Shown: positions 13,601 through 27,975, counted from the stretch's first letter. The stretch is DNA of 64,000 bases from Eledone cirrhosa (GCA_964016885.1 OZ024741.1:207638001-207702000); one strand, 5' to 3'. Program-made: numbers and translations. Notes: generated by a model not told the origin, from the sequence alone.

Positions 13601-14395
13601 TTATTATCATTATCGATAATATTTTCCACAACAGTCGAGGTAGACTCGGATGGTACACGTGGTGTCAAATTTCTTCGATTATTATTATTATCGATAGTGT
13701 TTTCCCCAGCATTCGAGGTAGACTTATATGGTACAGGTGGTGTCAAGTTTCTTACAGGCATAGTTGTTTCAAGGCACTGTTCGACCTGGGTGTTAGGAAG
13801 TCTAGTAGCATGGCGACCTGTAGCACGTGTTGTTGATTCTATGTTTGTTGTGGGGGACTTACAATTAATAATATTTATCTTAATTTTACGTTCAATAAAC
13901 GTCGCTTGTTGGCGTAATTGTTTCGCTGTGAAATAATTTAGCTCTGGGTGCATTTCGTCCCAGTGTAGCTTCATTAGGTTCATATAGCCAATGGAGGGAT
14001 TGTTTTTTGCCATTTTATAACAATTAAATAAATCATCATTAAGTTCGCAACTCCAAGAGAAATGCGATTTATATTTTCAGTTTCTTCTGTAGCTACAACT
14101 GAATAAAGTTTGTTTACATTTCTCGTTGTTTGTCTTCGATACTTCCTTAATTTTGTTGTTGATGTTGTGTTCAGCCATGCTGTTTGTAGCAAATCCTTGT
14201 AAAATGAATTATGTATTTAGTCGGATATCTCTACGAATTCGGAAAAAGGTGTCTTCAGAAGGGATAGTTAGAAGAGTACCAGTTATTCAACCTGACTGTA
14301 GTTGTGGAATTACTGTCGGAGTTAGTATTCATCTTAAATTTAATAAATAGTCTCCTACGCCAAAATATGCCACTGATCGCGTTGACTGTGTTATT
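10615..14395 (-). mobile_element. R4/Dong-clade RLE non-LTR retrotransposon, near full-length and disrupted
   Basis: NYRPIACQNLMYK, THNFFVDDLKLYA (RT), GGRGL, CRLC...HVISSC (CCHC), RHD, RPDIMI...VVEISCP (RLE). Flanked by (TATG)n on both sides. Confidence 0.9.
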
Positions 14396-15290
14396 TATGT
14401 ATGTATGTATGTATGTATGTTTTTGGTGAGGAGGAGGATTTTGGACACCCTGCAGGACAAAAAACAAAACCTGACAAAGGGAGGAATAACTCATAAGAGT
14501 AACGGCCATCCAAAAATATGTAAATATGTATGTACACATGTACATATGTATGTATATGTGTATATGCATGTGTGCATGTGTATGTATATGCGCGGGGACA
14601 TAGAAATAGTCAGGCTGGATACCCGATCGCGCGGTTAAACCACTGGGAGTGAAGGACCCCTAACCTTTGTCAGGGCATTCTTCTAGGAGAAGGCAACTCA
14701 GGAAACTGGGATAACTCCGACATAAAACCTGTGCCTCAGTAGTTACCGATGATGTTGATCTTTTCTTCTTTTCGGGTTATAGTTACTGTCGCTCAGAGAG
14801 TGGGATTAATATCTATCTATACATACGCTATGATATATAATTGTATATGTAATTCCCTATCATCGAATGGATAAAAAAAATATTAAACAGAAGCAGAATT
14901 TCTCCCCCAAAACTTCTCTTTCTTTTTCCAACCAATATAATATAGAAACAGATTTAGCTAATTCTGAAATGCCGTGGCAATTATATACTATCATATATAA
15001 TTCTCTACTTTGCTGTGAGCCTTATATTTAGTTTCACATTTGCTATATATATATATAGCAAATGTAAAACTATATGTATGTATATATATAGTATTAGTTA
15101 TACTATTTATGGTTATGTAAATACAAAACCTTAAGCAGTTGTAAGTATTTTACACACACCCTAAATAGTGGTAGGCAGTAATGTATTACTACCTTATTAC
15201 CAGTAAGTTAAGTAGCTCAATGTAAAAACATCAGATGATTTACAGAGCAGTTATATGAAATATAAGAATCAAAGAACTGTTCAAAACATT

Positions 15291-15344
15291 ATTGTGCTTA
15301 CAGCTGTTTCCTCCAAACCGAGGTTTGGATTCTTCGGAGCAATT
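15291..15344 (-). ncRNA. Minimal type I hammerhead motif, U4C core (CCGAAGA)
   Basis: tgct-CCGAAGA-a-TCCAAAC-ctcg-GTTTGGA-g-GAAACAGCTGTA-agca. Confidence 0.6.
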
Positions 15345-15948
15345 TATTAATGCATGGACAGTTATATGACCTCCTCTTCAGCCGAGAGACATACCAAATA
15401 CATATTCAAACATTGATACATATTCAAACATTGTGGGTCAACATTCATTACAGAATTTAGAGTGGCAGTACACACTTCGAGATTACAACTATATTAATAG
15501 GTACAATCAAAAATCAAAGATATAGGTTAAAGTACAACATGAAGATAAGTGGTTATATAGTGCAAATGTTATATGTGTGGCACGCATGTGCGTCTTGTTT
15601 ATATAGTGTGGCAGAGAGATATGTGTGGTAGAGGCACTTAGGTAGGTAAATAAGAGTGTTAGGTTGGTAGGTCTGGTGGCAAAGTCTTTATATGATTGAT
15701 ATAGTCTGTGTGTGGAGAAATATTATAAGCATTAAAGATAGTGCAAGCATTAAAAGTGTTATAAGTATTGGAGATGCACAGCGCAGGGATGTCAAGTAAT
15801 TCATGTACTTCGGCATTTTCATGGTCAAGGGAGTGTATATTTCGATTATATGCCTTTCACATAATCCACGACAATCCAGTAAGAGATCGTAGTCTGGTGT
15901 TCTTTAGTTCGATACAGGGGGATGTTACGTTTCGAGAAACGCCATTGA

Positions 15949-15985
<37 letters not shown>

Positions 15986-16038
15986 TATATATATATATAT
16001 GCTGTTAGCTTCTCGCTATAACAATTTCTATACTTTTC

Positions 16039-16107
<69 letters not shown>

Positions 16108-17954
16108 TATGTTTGTGAGGTAGGTAGATGGATAGGACTAGGAGATCGCATTAAACACTTGAAATCTTGTAAAGTAATTTAGTCTGTCGTTTTCCTTACA
16201 GCTGGTGTCAACCGTTACATCTCTCACTCTCTGTATCCCCTCCCTCCCTCATTTAATCTCCCCCTTCCTCTACCTATCCCTAACTTTTCCCCCGACCTCC
16301 CGTTTTCCCACCATCCATCCATCTAGCCATCCATCTTGCCGTCCATTTAGCAATCTATCTTCATCACCGCCGAAAGCTCTTCTATCTACTTCATCACCAT
16401 CTCGCCTTTAATCATGCTCACTCTGTCTCTCTCTCTCACTCTCTCTCTTTCTCTCGCTCACACTCTCTCTCTCTCCCTCTCTCGCTCTTTCTCCTCATTC
16501 TTTCTCTCATCTCATTTCTAAGGTATCAGCGCTTTTTATCAATTTCAATGAGTGTTACATACATTGAGTATGTAGTTCTGGCGTTGTTTTGTTTTTACTG
16601 TACTTTATATGTGTAATAACAATATTCCATGGAAGCTGTTGCACACACATACATACACCTACACACACACAAACAGATACACACACGCACAAACACACAC
16701 AATCATGTTATTAATTAAGCAGCCCTAATAACCTATTCCTATGGAGTTTTCCCTATGTGTGATAGTGTCTTCGGAGAGGAAAAGCAGCTTTCCTGTCTGG
16801 GGAAATAGCCAGAAATCGTGGAAACTTCTGAATAATTCGCAGCTGGGTCAGACTAATTTATAAAATACTATATTCTACCACAATATTGAGAACATGTTCT
16901 CCCGCTCGTCAAAACCAAAGAATATATATACACTAGCTGGCCCCGTACCTTCAGAAATGACAACTATATAAAAAGGGTCTGTCTTTCTACCGCTAGTCAA
17001 CGTTTCCTTTCAATTGCGCTCTCCATTACTGAAACCAACCTAAACTCGTACGAATTAAAGCCACATAAAACAGGCCGTGACTTAAAATTGATGTAAGAAC
17101 TTCCTATTTAAATTTTATTACATACATTTCTTTGATATAAGTATATTAGGCACATGTATGAACTGTTAAATTAAGGGTAGATGTGTATTTGTATACCTTT
17201 CAACTGCGGTCGTTTTATATTCTTGATAATCCTAACTTATTCCAGTATAGCTAGGGACTTGGCTCCTTGGACAATACATACACATATACACTCAGACACA
17301 CATACACTCACACACACATACACTCATACAAGTGTAGCCAATCTAAGAACGTTGGTTAAAAATAATTATTACATGCACACACATTGTTCGCAGTTTTCTA
17401 TACTTTGTCACAGCCCCTTCCTTCCACACTCATCACATAGATGTGTGTGTGTAATTATTATTATGTGTGTGTTTATGTATATGTATGTGTTTGTATTAAT
17501 ATACTCATATATATCACATAAATGAGTTACTTCTCTTAGCGTGACGAACAAATACACAATGGTTATTATATTAGTTGATGTACACACACACACACGCACG
17601 CACACACACAAACGCATACATATACGCGCGCACACACCCACGTACACCCGTTTACACGCAGATACACACACACACAAACACATACACATACGCGCGCACA
17701 CGTACACACATACACACTCACGCGCACGCATACACACTCATGTACACACACACATATATATTAGCTTAAGATTTACAGCTTTAACGCAGATTCTTTTCTT
17801 TATATATTGACCAAAAAGATCAGACTTAAAATAACGGGAAATTTTGTTAGTTTGCTTTGGTGTAAGAAGTAGAACAGCCAGTCAACATAGAATATATGTT
17901 AGTTCGAGTCCCACTAGCAAAGCTGTCCACTTGTTTCCGTCTAAATATATAACT

Positions 17955-18016
17955 GTTTCTACTTTTGGCACAAGGCCAGCAATTACCCAGTGCATTATTG
18001 GTACTTTATTTTATCG
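17955..18016 (-). mobile_element. MetaSINE-like SINE 3' fragment
   Basis: Reverse complement of the SINE 3' tail. Confidence 0.7.
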
Positions 18017-18200
18017 CTAAATATATAACGTTTGTGCATTAGCGATACAAGCATTATATATTCGCCACATATGTACATTAACTATTTAACATTATAATAT
18101 CCTGCATATCATTATATATATATATATAGTTTGGCTTTCTACGAAGTGAGCGCTCTCTATATCCTCGTATCCTACAAAACATTGTCTCACCAACGTCAGA

Positions 18201-20560
18201 ATGAATTTATACGAACTGGATTACTCTCTGAAGAATATTCCCACTCCCTCCAACCATGTTTACCTGAAGCTTCTCCTACAAAAAGCGGAAGATGTCGTCA
18301 GACGCTTAAGATGGCGAGCCCTAGCTTTTGACGGCAAAATTACATGCACCAGTAACACCTTCAACCTGAAATCGAGAGCCTACACACCTAAGGTAACTGA
18401 AATCTCGCTCCTTTCGAAGCGGACCTCCTTGATTTAGTCGCTAACATTTCCTTTCGCAAACACTCTAACACCTTCCAAACTAAACTTAGAAATGATATTA
18501 AGAAATTTAGGTCTCTCGTTCTTTCTGACAAAACCAATAATATTTACGAAGTCGACAACACTACTTACAGCCACTTAACACATAACACTATAACCTCTAA
18601 ATATAAGAAGGCTAATCCTGTGGCCTACCACGACATCAATACAGAAGCCAAAGACCTTGCTGCCGCCCTTAAGGTAGATAAGAAACTACAATGCTTAGCT
18701 AAACGTGAGGCGTTTCTCACCATGAAGGATCACAAAGTAGACTTTGCTTCTAATCCCACGTGTAGACTACTAAACCCGGCACGCACGAAAATGGGACTAG
18801 TCAGTAAGGCTATACTTAGAAACATAGTTAAGACCATTAGGGCCAAGTCTAACCTGTCCCAGTGGGAGAACAGCGACTCTGTCATTAACTGCTTCAACTC
18901 CAAAAAAGCGAAGTTCACGCAATTCGACATTGTATATTTTTACCCGTCGATCTCAGAGACCCTGTTAAACAAAGCGTTGGACTTTGCTATCACTTACACT
19001 ACCGTCCATGTTTAGACAGGGAGATAATCGCACACTGCCGCAAAACCCTCCTCTTCAACGACGGAGTAGCCTGGGCAAAGAAGTAAACCACTTCAGAACT
19101 ATTCGACGTCTCCATGGGATCGTTCGACAGTGCTGACGTATGCGACTTGGTTGGCTTATTTATTTTAGATATATTACGTGTTAGATTCCCGGGCTTCCAC
19201 ACGGGAATATACCGCGACGATGGTCTGACTTTATCGAGCCATAAAAGTGGTTACGACCTGGACCAGTTTAAAAAAAGATTTAACTTCTACTTTTAATCAG
19301 TTAGGACTTAGGATACCGGTAGCTACCAACCTCTCTAGCGTAGATTTTTTGACATTAATTTAGACCTTCGCACTCATACCTTCAGACCCTTCCATAAGCT
19401 AAACGAAAAACTTAATTACATACACATGCCGCCCTCCTACTGTTTTTAGAAACTTCTTAAATAATATCAGTACTAGAATCTCTAACCTCTCCTCTAATAA
19501 GGCTATCTTTGACAGAGCCGCCCCATACTATAACACGGCGTTAGCTAACAGCGGCTTCTCGCAACCAATTACTTACTCCCCCACTAACAACAACAGCAAT
19601 AGGAAAAGAAATCGTAACAATAGACAATCTATCTGGTTCTCTCCTCCCTTCTCACTCAACGTTAAAACTAATGTATGAACTTTTTTTTTAGCCCTCTTAG
19701 CCCACTTTCCCATAGGTCACAAATACCGCTCCATCTTTAACAGACGCAGAGTAAAATTAGTGTACTCCTGCCCTAAGAATATGAAGGCCCACATCACCAA
19801 CAGTCCTAAGAGCGGCACCCCACCAGGATGCTCTTGCCGAAAGCCTGAAGCTTGTCCCCTCCCCTTCAACAGCAATGCAACACACCCGCTGTAGTTTATG
19901 AAGCTGTGGTCACTTCCAACCGACCCAATCAACCACAGGTTGTCAAATCCTATGTGGGTATGGTGGAGGGCCGATTCAAGGAACGCTTCCTGAACCATCA
20001 GTCAATCTTTAGGTACCCGGACAAACGATCATCCACGAAGCTCGCAATCCACGTATGGCCCCTCAAAGACTCAGGTATAGACTACTCCGTTCAATGGACA
20101 GCCATCACTAAGTCCAAGCCATACACAAGGGGCAATCCGTTTTATGGACTGTGTATTGAAGAAAGGATAAATATTCTAAGGAGAAACGCAATAGCGATTG
20201 CCTAAATTCAAGAAATGAAATCTCACGTTATCCAAATGTCTGGAAACACCTCTTGCATAACTACAAATCTCCGGATTGAATAACAACAACATCTAATTTT
20301 CTAATCAACTCGAAATTGTATTCCGGATATTCGCAGTTATCTCCCTTACCCCTTTCGTCCATGGTTTTGTATCGCTTGGGTGAAGTGACCGTTTCTGCGC
20401 ATGCGTGTTCATACGGTTGTTATTCCTATTCCGTATAACCAGTACCAGTCCGAGCTGAAGATCCGCTTAAGGTGAAACAATTGTTTTCGCTATGGTGAAC
20501 TAACTGTTGTGTTACTACGCGGTAATCTACTTCCTTATTTTTGAATCAGTTTGAGTATTT
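18201..20560 (+). mobile_element. Penelope-like retroelement (Naiad-like), full-length and disrupted, with 3' pseudo-LTR
   Basis: YSLKNIP...RRLRWRA, KDHK..F...PTCRLLNP, FDIV.FYPSI, MGSFDSADVCDLVG, IYRDDGL, CSC..CP, VVYEA...YVGM...FKERF.NH (GIY-YIG). Confidence 0.92.
20451..20489 (+). ncRNA. Minimal type I hammerhead in PLE pseudo-LTR
   Basis: cgag-CTGAAGA-tcc-gcttaa-ggt-GAAACAATTGTT-ttcg; stem II is weak. Confidence 0.6.
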
Positions 20561-21121
20561 CTTTAGAACTGCTGGAGTAGCAACCTAACAGATACCTCAA
20601 GCACTGATGGTGATTATCGCTAAATACTGATATTGGTTAGATTATCAATATTAGTATTATTGGGCACCCACTGAAGAATTATAAGAGCCCACTTGAATAT
20701 GTATCTGTTGATCTTATACAAGCTCCTACATAAATTGGTATAATTTCACCCAATTTGTAGGAATCTTATAATGAAACGAGACGTCCGTCTGGGAAGAGAT
20801 ATATTCGATATGTCTCATATGAAATAATACAGCCAATTTTCCACACAATACTTTTAGTTAGCACCCCGAACGTTTAATTGGGAATATACTCACTTATTTC
20901 CTAATGTTTGTTGAGTGAGTTGGAATTTGGCCGGAGTATCGCTAAAAGCTTTCTCCGATGATGTATTTATTTATATATATATAAGCAAAAGGGATATTTA
21001 ATTTGTTGGTAATTCAACAAATATATATGTGTATAACTGATTCGAAGCACTCGACTGGTTTTCTGGAGTATAATATCAATGATATTAAATAAATGAAAAC
21101 TATCTTTATAAAATCATATTT

Positions 21122-21180
21122 ATTCTATTATATATATTTCATGGGTACCAACACTTTGGTACGCTCTCATCAGATAAAAT
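21122..21180 (-). ncRNA. Minimal type I hammerhead, canonical core
   Basis: attttat-CTGATGA-gagc-GTACCAA-agtg-TTGGTAC-ccat-GAAATATATATA-atagaat; AUA site. Confidence 0.65.
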
Positions 21181-21246
21181 ACAAAGTTTGTTTTATAAAT
21201 ATTGACATATCCAGGAAGAAGATCTTAACGGTTCAAGTTTTTCCAT

Positions 21247-21465
21247 GGGATTGTCAGAATCAGTAGAGCATCGGACAACATGCTTTGCAGTATAGAGTTA
21301 TGGTCCTTTACGTTCTGAGTTGAAATCCCGCTTAGGTTAGTTTTGCCTTTAATCCTTACCGGGTCGATAACATAAAGCACCAGTTACGCACTGGGGTCGA
21401 TTTGGTCGACTTTCCCCTCACCCTCAAAATTGCTAGCCTTGTACCTATATCAGAAACCGTTATCA
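21247..21465 (+). mobile_element. Diverged MetaSINE-like SINE
   Basis: Degenerate B box and the gtcgataa...agcacc core. Confidence 0.7.
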
Positions 21466-21899
21466 GTAATATAGCATTGTAGGACCTTATAAAATTGCAA
21501 TAAACATTCGTTAAACTGCGGCTCGTTTAGCAGGATTTCGGTTAATCTGGACGAAATCTGCGTTAAAAAAGTAATAAGTAATGGGTGTACTAGGTCTGTG
21601 CTGTGCATCAACCAAATATACTAAGTTCCTCCTGAATATTTAATTTACCCTATAATATAATTATGAATCATAATGGGAACCTAATTTCACTGTCCTTTGT
21701 TCAGAAATAATATGGCCATGACCATGTGTATTGGTGACACAGATAAGGACTAGAGATCAGTGATATTTTAACAACAAATATATTTATTATTCACTTTTAT
21801 TTCGCTCTCTAAGAAACATATCCTTTATTTCTAGCAAGCCGCACACAATGTTAAATTACTGGCCTGTTTATGACTCATTCTCTCTTATATACACATATA

Positions 21900-22215
21900 T
21901 CCACCAGGTTCGAACAGAAAAGAACCAAACTCCCACTGACACTGCCACCATCTCCCGCTCTCCCCATCTCTGAGATGAGGAAAATAGAAAAGGCATCTCC
22001 CCGGAGGATGGTGAAAGAGACGCGCTGGAAGAGCCATTTCCAGCTCGCGAGGCTCACACCTGCAGGTAGTCAACTCTGTGCCGATAGTGGTGAACAGGGA
22101 GGTAGCCCTAAAGCCAAGGACACCAGAAGTCTCCACTGCCACGGGATCGACCGCAAACCTGTCGGAGAGCGACCGATATTTGGAGAGTTTACTCTCCTCC
22201 ACCCGAAGTGCAGCA
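21900..22215 (-). mobile_element. CRE-like RLE LINE 3' fragment
   Basis: EESKLSKYRSLS.RF...PVAVETSGVLG; WLFQRVSFTILRG. Confidence 0.7.
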
Positions 22216-22579
22216 GAGCTTTACGATTCTAATTAATTCACTCTCTATTCAATAGGTTTTATTCTTTTTTAAACAGGTTTTATTATTTTTCATTCACTTT
22301 CGCACTCGACTCTAGTACACACGTATTTTCATGGTGGGAATATAGAATATATATAGTCCAGCAGTTGCAAGAGCGGGAGGAATCGTCCTCACGGGAACCA
22401 CTTCAGTTCGAAATGCATCGACGATTGTTCCCCTTGCTTCTGCCGGACACCGCCAGGTGGCGATAGCTGTCGGTGTTTTTGCATAGCTACGGCTTTCTAA
22501 ATGCTTATTTATAAACATACCATATTTCTTTAGATATTTCAACACATATCTGTTTATAGCTATGCTCGAAGCTAAATTC

Positions 22580-22669
<90 letters not shown>

Positions 22670-23029
22670 GAAAATCTCTCACAAAAAATTGATTTATTTG
22701 TAACAATTTTGATTTTGCATGATATAATTTGGGTACAATATATTTTCAGATTTAATAATATACACTAACAAACTCAGATTAAGTTAAATCAAAATAGTCT
22801 AAAGCTTGAGTGCTTATTTTCGAGTAGTATAATTTCCACAGTAACAGTAATCACCATACACAACGGAGCTTGCTTTCCCACAATATTCGTTGGTATTTCA
22901 GTGTGTACGCATCTTTCAACCTTATATGATAGTCTAATGAAGAAACATGTATCTTTTGATCCGGAATGTAGAACTTATAAGGAAGTTAGAAGCAACTGCT
23001 TCTCTGACGAGTGTTTGTGAAGAGTATGA

Positions 23030-23600
23030 TATTAAACATTAGTTTCGGGAATACGCAAGACTAGGCACAAACACACTACATTTTCTTAGGAATATAATAT
23101 TGATGCATCCAAATCATTATCTGTTGGTACAACGAAGTGGGTGGCAGTTAAACAAGATACAGATCTTGAGAAGCCAGTGCTGATATGGTTTATCCATCAA
23201 CAATCTTGTGGTAAAGACATCTGTAGTGTTGAAATGCAAAATACTGATGCCAAGTCAGTTATGCAGATTGAGATCAAGAATCTAGAAACTAGTGCTGGGT
23301 GGTTTTGGTGCTTTGGAAATCATAGTTGAATGAGTTATAAAATTACCCGTGGTGAAGTAAACAGCTCATTAAGCAAGGAAATCACACAATTCAGGAAGAG
23401 GTTAAACTGCTTAATTAAGTGTGAAGGGCTACTAAGCACCCAAGTATACAATGGGAAGTAAACAGAGTTGTACTGGCGGACTAACAAAACTTTTAAGAGT
23501 GAAAGCATCTTACCTGTTCTGAAATTATATAAAGAACATTTTCCGGTGTTGTGTTGCGCGAAGGCAGAAGCTAAGCACCTTTTAAAGTTAGTGGTGTTTG
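23030..23600 (+). mobile_element. Highly decayed pogo/Tigger (CENP-B-like) transposase relic
   Basis: DLEKPVLIWF...SAGWF resembles the HTH_CENPB region; many stops. Confidence 0.5.
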
Positions 23601-24170
23601 GGGAGGTCAGCACATCTGCGTATTCTATAAGACATAATGCACCATTAATCCCAAAATGATAAATGTATTCATCATTTTTTCAATTTACAGGGAAATACGT
23701 ATTTGGTATTTTTCTTGTCAAATACTACAAATGAACAAATCTATATATATATAGATTTATGCAGTTTCGTTTAGTCCTATTCAGTATATATGCATATATA
23801 TCTTTATTGTATATTTCGGCTGCTTAGTGAACATATTAATATATATCTTAACTACCAGCATGAGTGTTAATAATAATCAAATTAGTATGTCCATCTTAGG
23901 ATATTAATATAAGTGATAGATATATAAACCCCTGGATTACTTATTTCTTGTGGTTGTGTAAATGATATACATGCCTTCTGATGAAAGCTCAAATAGGTTT
24001 CAAACCAGTTAATTTTTTTTATTTTGCAGGAAAATACGTATTTGGCATGTTTATATGTCAACTGCTAAAATTGCGTGAATCTAAATATACATTTACAAAG
24101 GCGGTTTTCGGTTACTTCTATACTGTATATATGCAGATTTAAATGTATATGGGCAGATTTACATATATAT

Positions 24171-25027
24171 ACTCAGGTTGGACAAAAAAGTGGCTCCATG
24201 TTTACTTTTGTTTACATTATTCCTTGTTTGACAAAAAACTAATGAAACTCTGAATATATTTAGCTGAAACCATTAAAATCAACACACAAAAAAATCACTA
24301 TCTTCTGATGCTTTTGCTCAGAATTACAGCACATATTCCAAGTGATCTCCATTTGAATCCATGCATTTGTTTTAGGTGCATGGTGAAGTTTAGCATAACG
24401 CCTTTAAGGACCTAGTGAAGGCTTTGATTTTGCTATTATGATTTATTTCAGTGATGGTCGCAGGTTTATTGATATATACCCTATCCTTCGGGCAACCCCC
24501 CAAAAATAAATCAGTGGGGTTAAATCAGGGTTGTGTGGGGCCCACTCAAAATCAGTCTTCAAATTGATAACACGATTTCCATAGATATTTTTCAGTCTGT
24601 ATTCTGTAAAGCTACTGAAGATACACTCTGCAAGTTTCTTTGGAGACACATAAGGATTCGTTCCTGTGAACTGATTGTTTTAGGCTCTGTTCAACAGACT
24701 CTCGGACCATATCAATAACTTAATGTGTAGGCTTTGGTCGTCAAAAGTGGTTAGGGCGTTCTTTAGACATTTTATTGAGGTTCTCCACTGTCCCGTAGTT
24801 CTCAAACATCTTCACCCAATTTTGTATATTGGCTTCAAAGGGAGATTTGTCCGTTCCAAAACCTGCATGAACATGCTTGAACATGCTACACAGAAAGTCC
24901 GGTGCTGGAGTTCGCATTGGGGAACGTTTTATCTGCCATGTCCTGAAATTTAGGGTTGTTTGGTTTGAAAATGAATATACAGCAACATAAAAAGTGTGCG
25001 TGGCCAGTTTTATTTATTTACACTGTA
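24171..25027 (-). mobile_element. Decayed Tc1/mariner-superfamily element
   Basis: WAPHNPDLTPL..FWG motif (cf. WP.RSPDLTP.DFFLWG); TIRs poorly conserved. Confidence 0.6.
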
Positions 25028-25109
25028 TAACGTTATACACAGCAAGAAGTGATACAGAAATTTCAAGATCTGTCAAACTCAAGTACAAAAACACTTCGTA
25101 TGGCTGACT

Positions 25110-26045
25110 TCTTTTGTAGTGGTGGTGTTAGTGGTGTTTATGGTGATGAAGACACTGGTTTTTGTGATGGTGAATCTGGTTGTGTGTTGGTGATGGTGGA
25201 GATGATGACGGCTATAGTGTTGTTTGTAGTGGCCTTGGTGGTGGAGTTTGTGGTGATGGTCGAGGTGATGATCTTCGGGTTGGAGTGGGGTTGGTAAAGA
25301 TTAGCTGTGTTAATGATGATGGAACATAATGCATGTTTGCCACTATATCTAATGGTTAGCCTGAAGGAAGTTTGTGATAGTGGTTGTAGCAGTAGTAGTG
25401 AGTGAGGTGGTGGTAGTGGTGGTAGTGATGGTAAAGGTGTTGCTGTTGGTGGTGGTGGTGGTGGTGTGTGGTTGGTGTTGGTTGTGGTGGTGTTGATATT
25501 CGTCGTCGTGGGGCTTGTGGAAGTGGGGAGTTAGTTGTGCTTCATGTGGTGGTAGTGATGGTCTTGGAGTTGTGATGGTGGTGGTGATGGTGGTGATGGT
25601 GGTGAGGGTGCTGGTAGTGGTTTCTGAGGTTATCGTTGTTTTGGTGGTGATATTGGTTAGGTGGTGTGTTGGTGGTGGGGTGTTGGTATTGGTAATGGTG
25701 ATGGTGGTGGCGAATGTGGTTCCAGTGGTATCGATGATAGTGATGGTGGTTTTTGTGGTAGTGTTAGTTGAGGCGCTTCTGGTCGGGGTAGTTGAAGTGT
25801 TTGTGGTGGTGGTGATGTTATGGTTTTAGGTGTTTTCGTTCATAATGGAATTTGTAGAGGTCGTTGTTGTTGTTGTTGTTGTAGTGTTGTTGGTGTAGTT
25901 GTTGTTTTTGTTGTTGTTGTTGTGGTGGTGGTGGTGGTGGTGGTGTTTATGGTGAAGGTGTTAGTGTTGGTGATTGAAGTGAGAGTGCTGTAGAGACAAT
26001 GAAATATTTTCGGGTAATTTGGCAACAGGGAAGAAGAAGAAGAAG

Positions 26046-26077
<32 letters not shown>

Positions 26078-26320
26078 GTAGTAGTAGTACCATCATTTCC
26101 TGATCATCCTTAACGCTATAATCTCTATTCCTACGGCCACCACCACCACTAGCACCGATCTCCACCCCCATTGTCCCAGCATCAACCCTAGCACCAACTT
26201 CTTAAACCCCACCTACATTACAACACCAAACTATATTACACTACAACACAATAGAGCAAATAACACCACACATTACTGAACTATACCACACTACACCATA
26301 TAGTATTGTACTAAAACCAC
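25110..26320. repeat. Low-complexity (GGT/GTT/GAA)n tract
   Basis: Visible trinucleotide microsatellite mosaic. Confidence 0.9.
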
Positions 26321-26583
26321 TAGAGTATTTCATAGAGACGTTACTCTAGATTTCATCAATTTCAACTCTATAAAATAACAATTACAAATCTTATTTTCTC
26401 ACACCAACCAATATGCAATTTCTTGCATTTATTAGTGATTTCTTATCACTACTTTAGCAAATCGGTGATGTCTATATTTCTCTAATGTAATAGAAATATG
26501 TCGCCCGAATTTACCCTAATAATTAAAATAATACACGCTATTGATTATTTCTAGTTAGCTTTTAGCTTTTTAAAGACTTATGG

Positions 26584-26626
<43 letters not shown>

Positions 26627-26630
<4 letters not shown>

Positions 26631-27102
26631 GGAAAAAATGAAACGATATTTCATTTCCCACTCTTAGTACGGCTGTTACTTAAATATAAGTATGTACACG
26701 TACATACATATATGTATACCGACGTACAGTAGTATGTATATATATATATACATACATGCACACATATATATATGCACGTATGGATTCACCGAACATTTAT
26801 TATAATGCTCGGTGTGTTTGTAAACAAACATCCCGTATTAAGCCGTAGTGTCTAACAACCACCGTTGCTCGTTTGTTCAACACTGACAAAGGAACGCTGT
26901 ACTAGTTTCAAGCTTGTTAGCTATCGTCAGCAACGTATACCTTCCTGCCAGATTGTTGAACGTATATACTTACCTTATGCATATTAACGGCTGAGTAGCC
27001 CAATTTGCATATCGAGTGGGTTAATCGGCCGGGTGCACCGAAAACGATAAACGGAAAAAATGAAACGATATTTCATTTCCCACTCTTAGCACGGCTGTTA
27101 CT
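26627..27102 (-). mobile_element. Short (~420 bp) retrozyme or solo pseudo-LTR unit with ~55-bp terminal direct repeat
   Basis: aaacggaaaaaatgaaacgatatttc...gctgttact occurs at 26627-26680 and 27049-27102; internal HHR; flanked by (TA)n. Confidence 0.65.
26895..26935 (-). ncRNA. Minimal type I hammerhead, canonical core
   Basis: cgttg-CTGACGA-t-AGCT-aaca-AGCT-t-GAAACTAGTA-cagcg. Confidence 0.75.
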
Positions 27103-27196
<94 letters not shown>

Positions 27197-27674
27197 GGGG
27201 GGGGGGGGGAACCAACAAATAAAATGGCAAATACAATTTTGAGACACTTTATCTGGTGCGAAAGTTACTGTACCTAATCATGTGACAGTCATCAACCAAC
27301 GAAATTATATTTTAAAGAAATAGTAATCTGAGCCACTTCTTTCGTTTAAAACAGAACGAATTTATGAACTCGAACTAGATGCACGTCATATCACAAAAGA
27401 AACACAAACACTCTATCTCAATTTTACTTTTGAAAATCATAATTTTGAAAATAAATATTCTTTAACGACTCCAGTTGTATTTTCAATTTCTTTTCCATTT
27501 TCTCTAGAAAAAAAAAAAAAAAAAAAATACGTTTCCGATTCCGCCCTGCCCGTCCCCTCAGTCTTTCTAATTTCTCTTTCTTCTGATCAAGGACTAAACC
27601 TCAAGACCCTCTTCTTACTATTTCAAGCGTTAAACTAATATATTCCTTCCATTTGTGTTGTTATTTCTGTTTAC

Positions 27675-27761
<87 letters not shown>

Positions 27762-27764
<3 letters not shown>

Positions 27765-27975
27765 CGTGTGGCTGAGTGGTTAGAGAATTGGATTTGCAAA
27801 CGTGAGGTTGTGAGTTCGATTCCCCGACCGGGCGGTGCGTTATGTCCTTGAGCAAGACTCTTTATTTCACGTTGTTCCTTCTACCTGGATTTGTGCCCGA
27901 TAAATAGTATTAGCAATTGGAAAGACCAATGGAAACATTGCTTTTACGGTCCCATTTGACGAAAGTCGATCGTTC
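27762..27975 (+). mobile_element. CORE-like tRNA SINE copy
   Basis: Homologous to 9595-9810. Confidence 0.8.
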
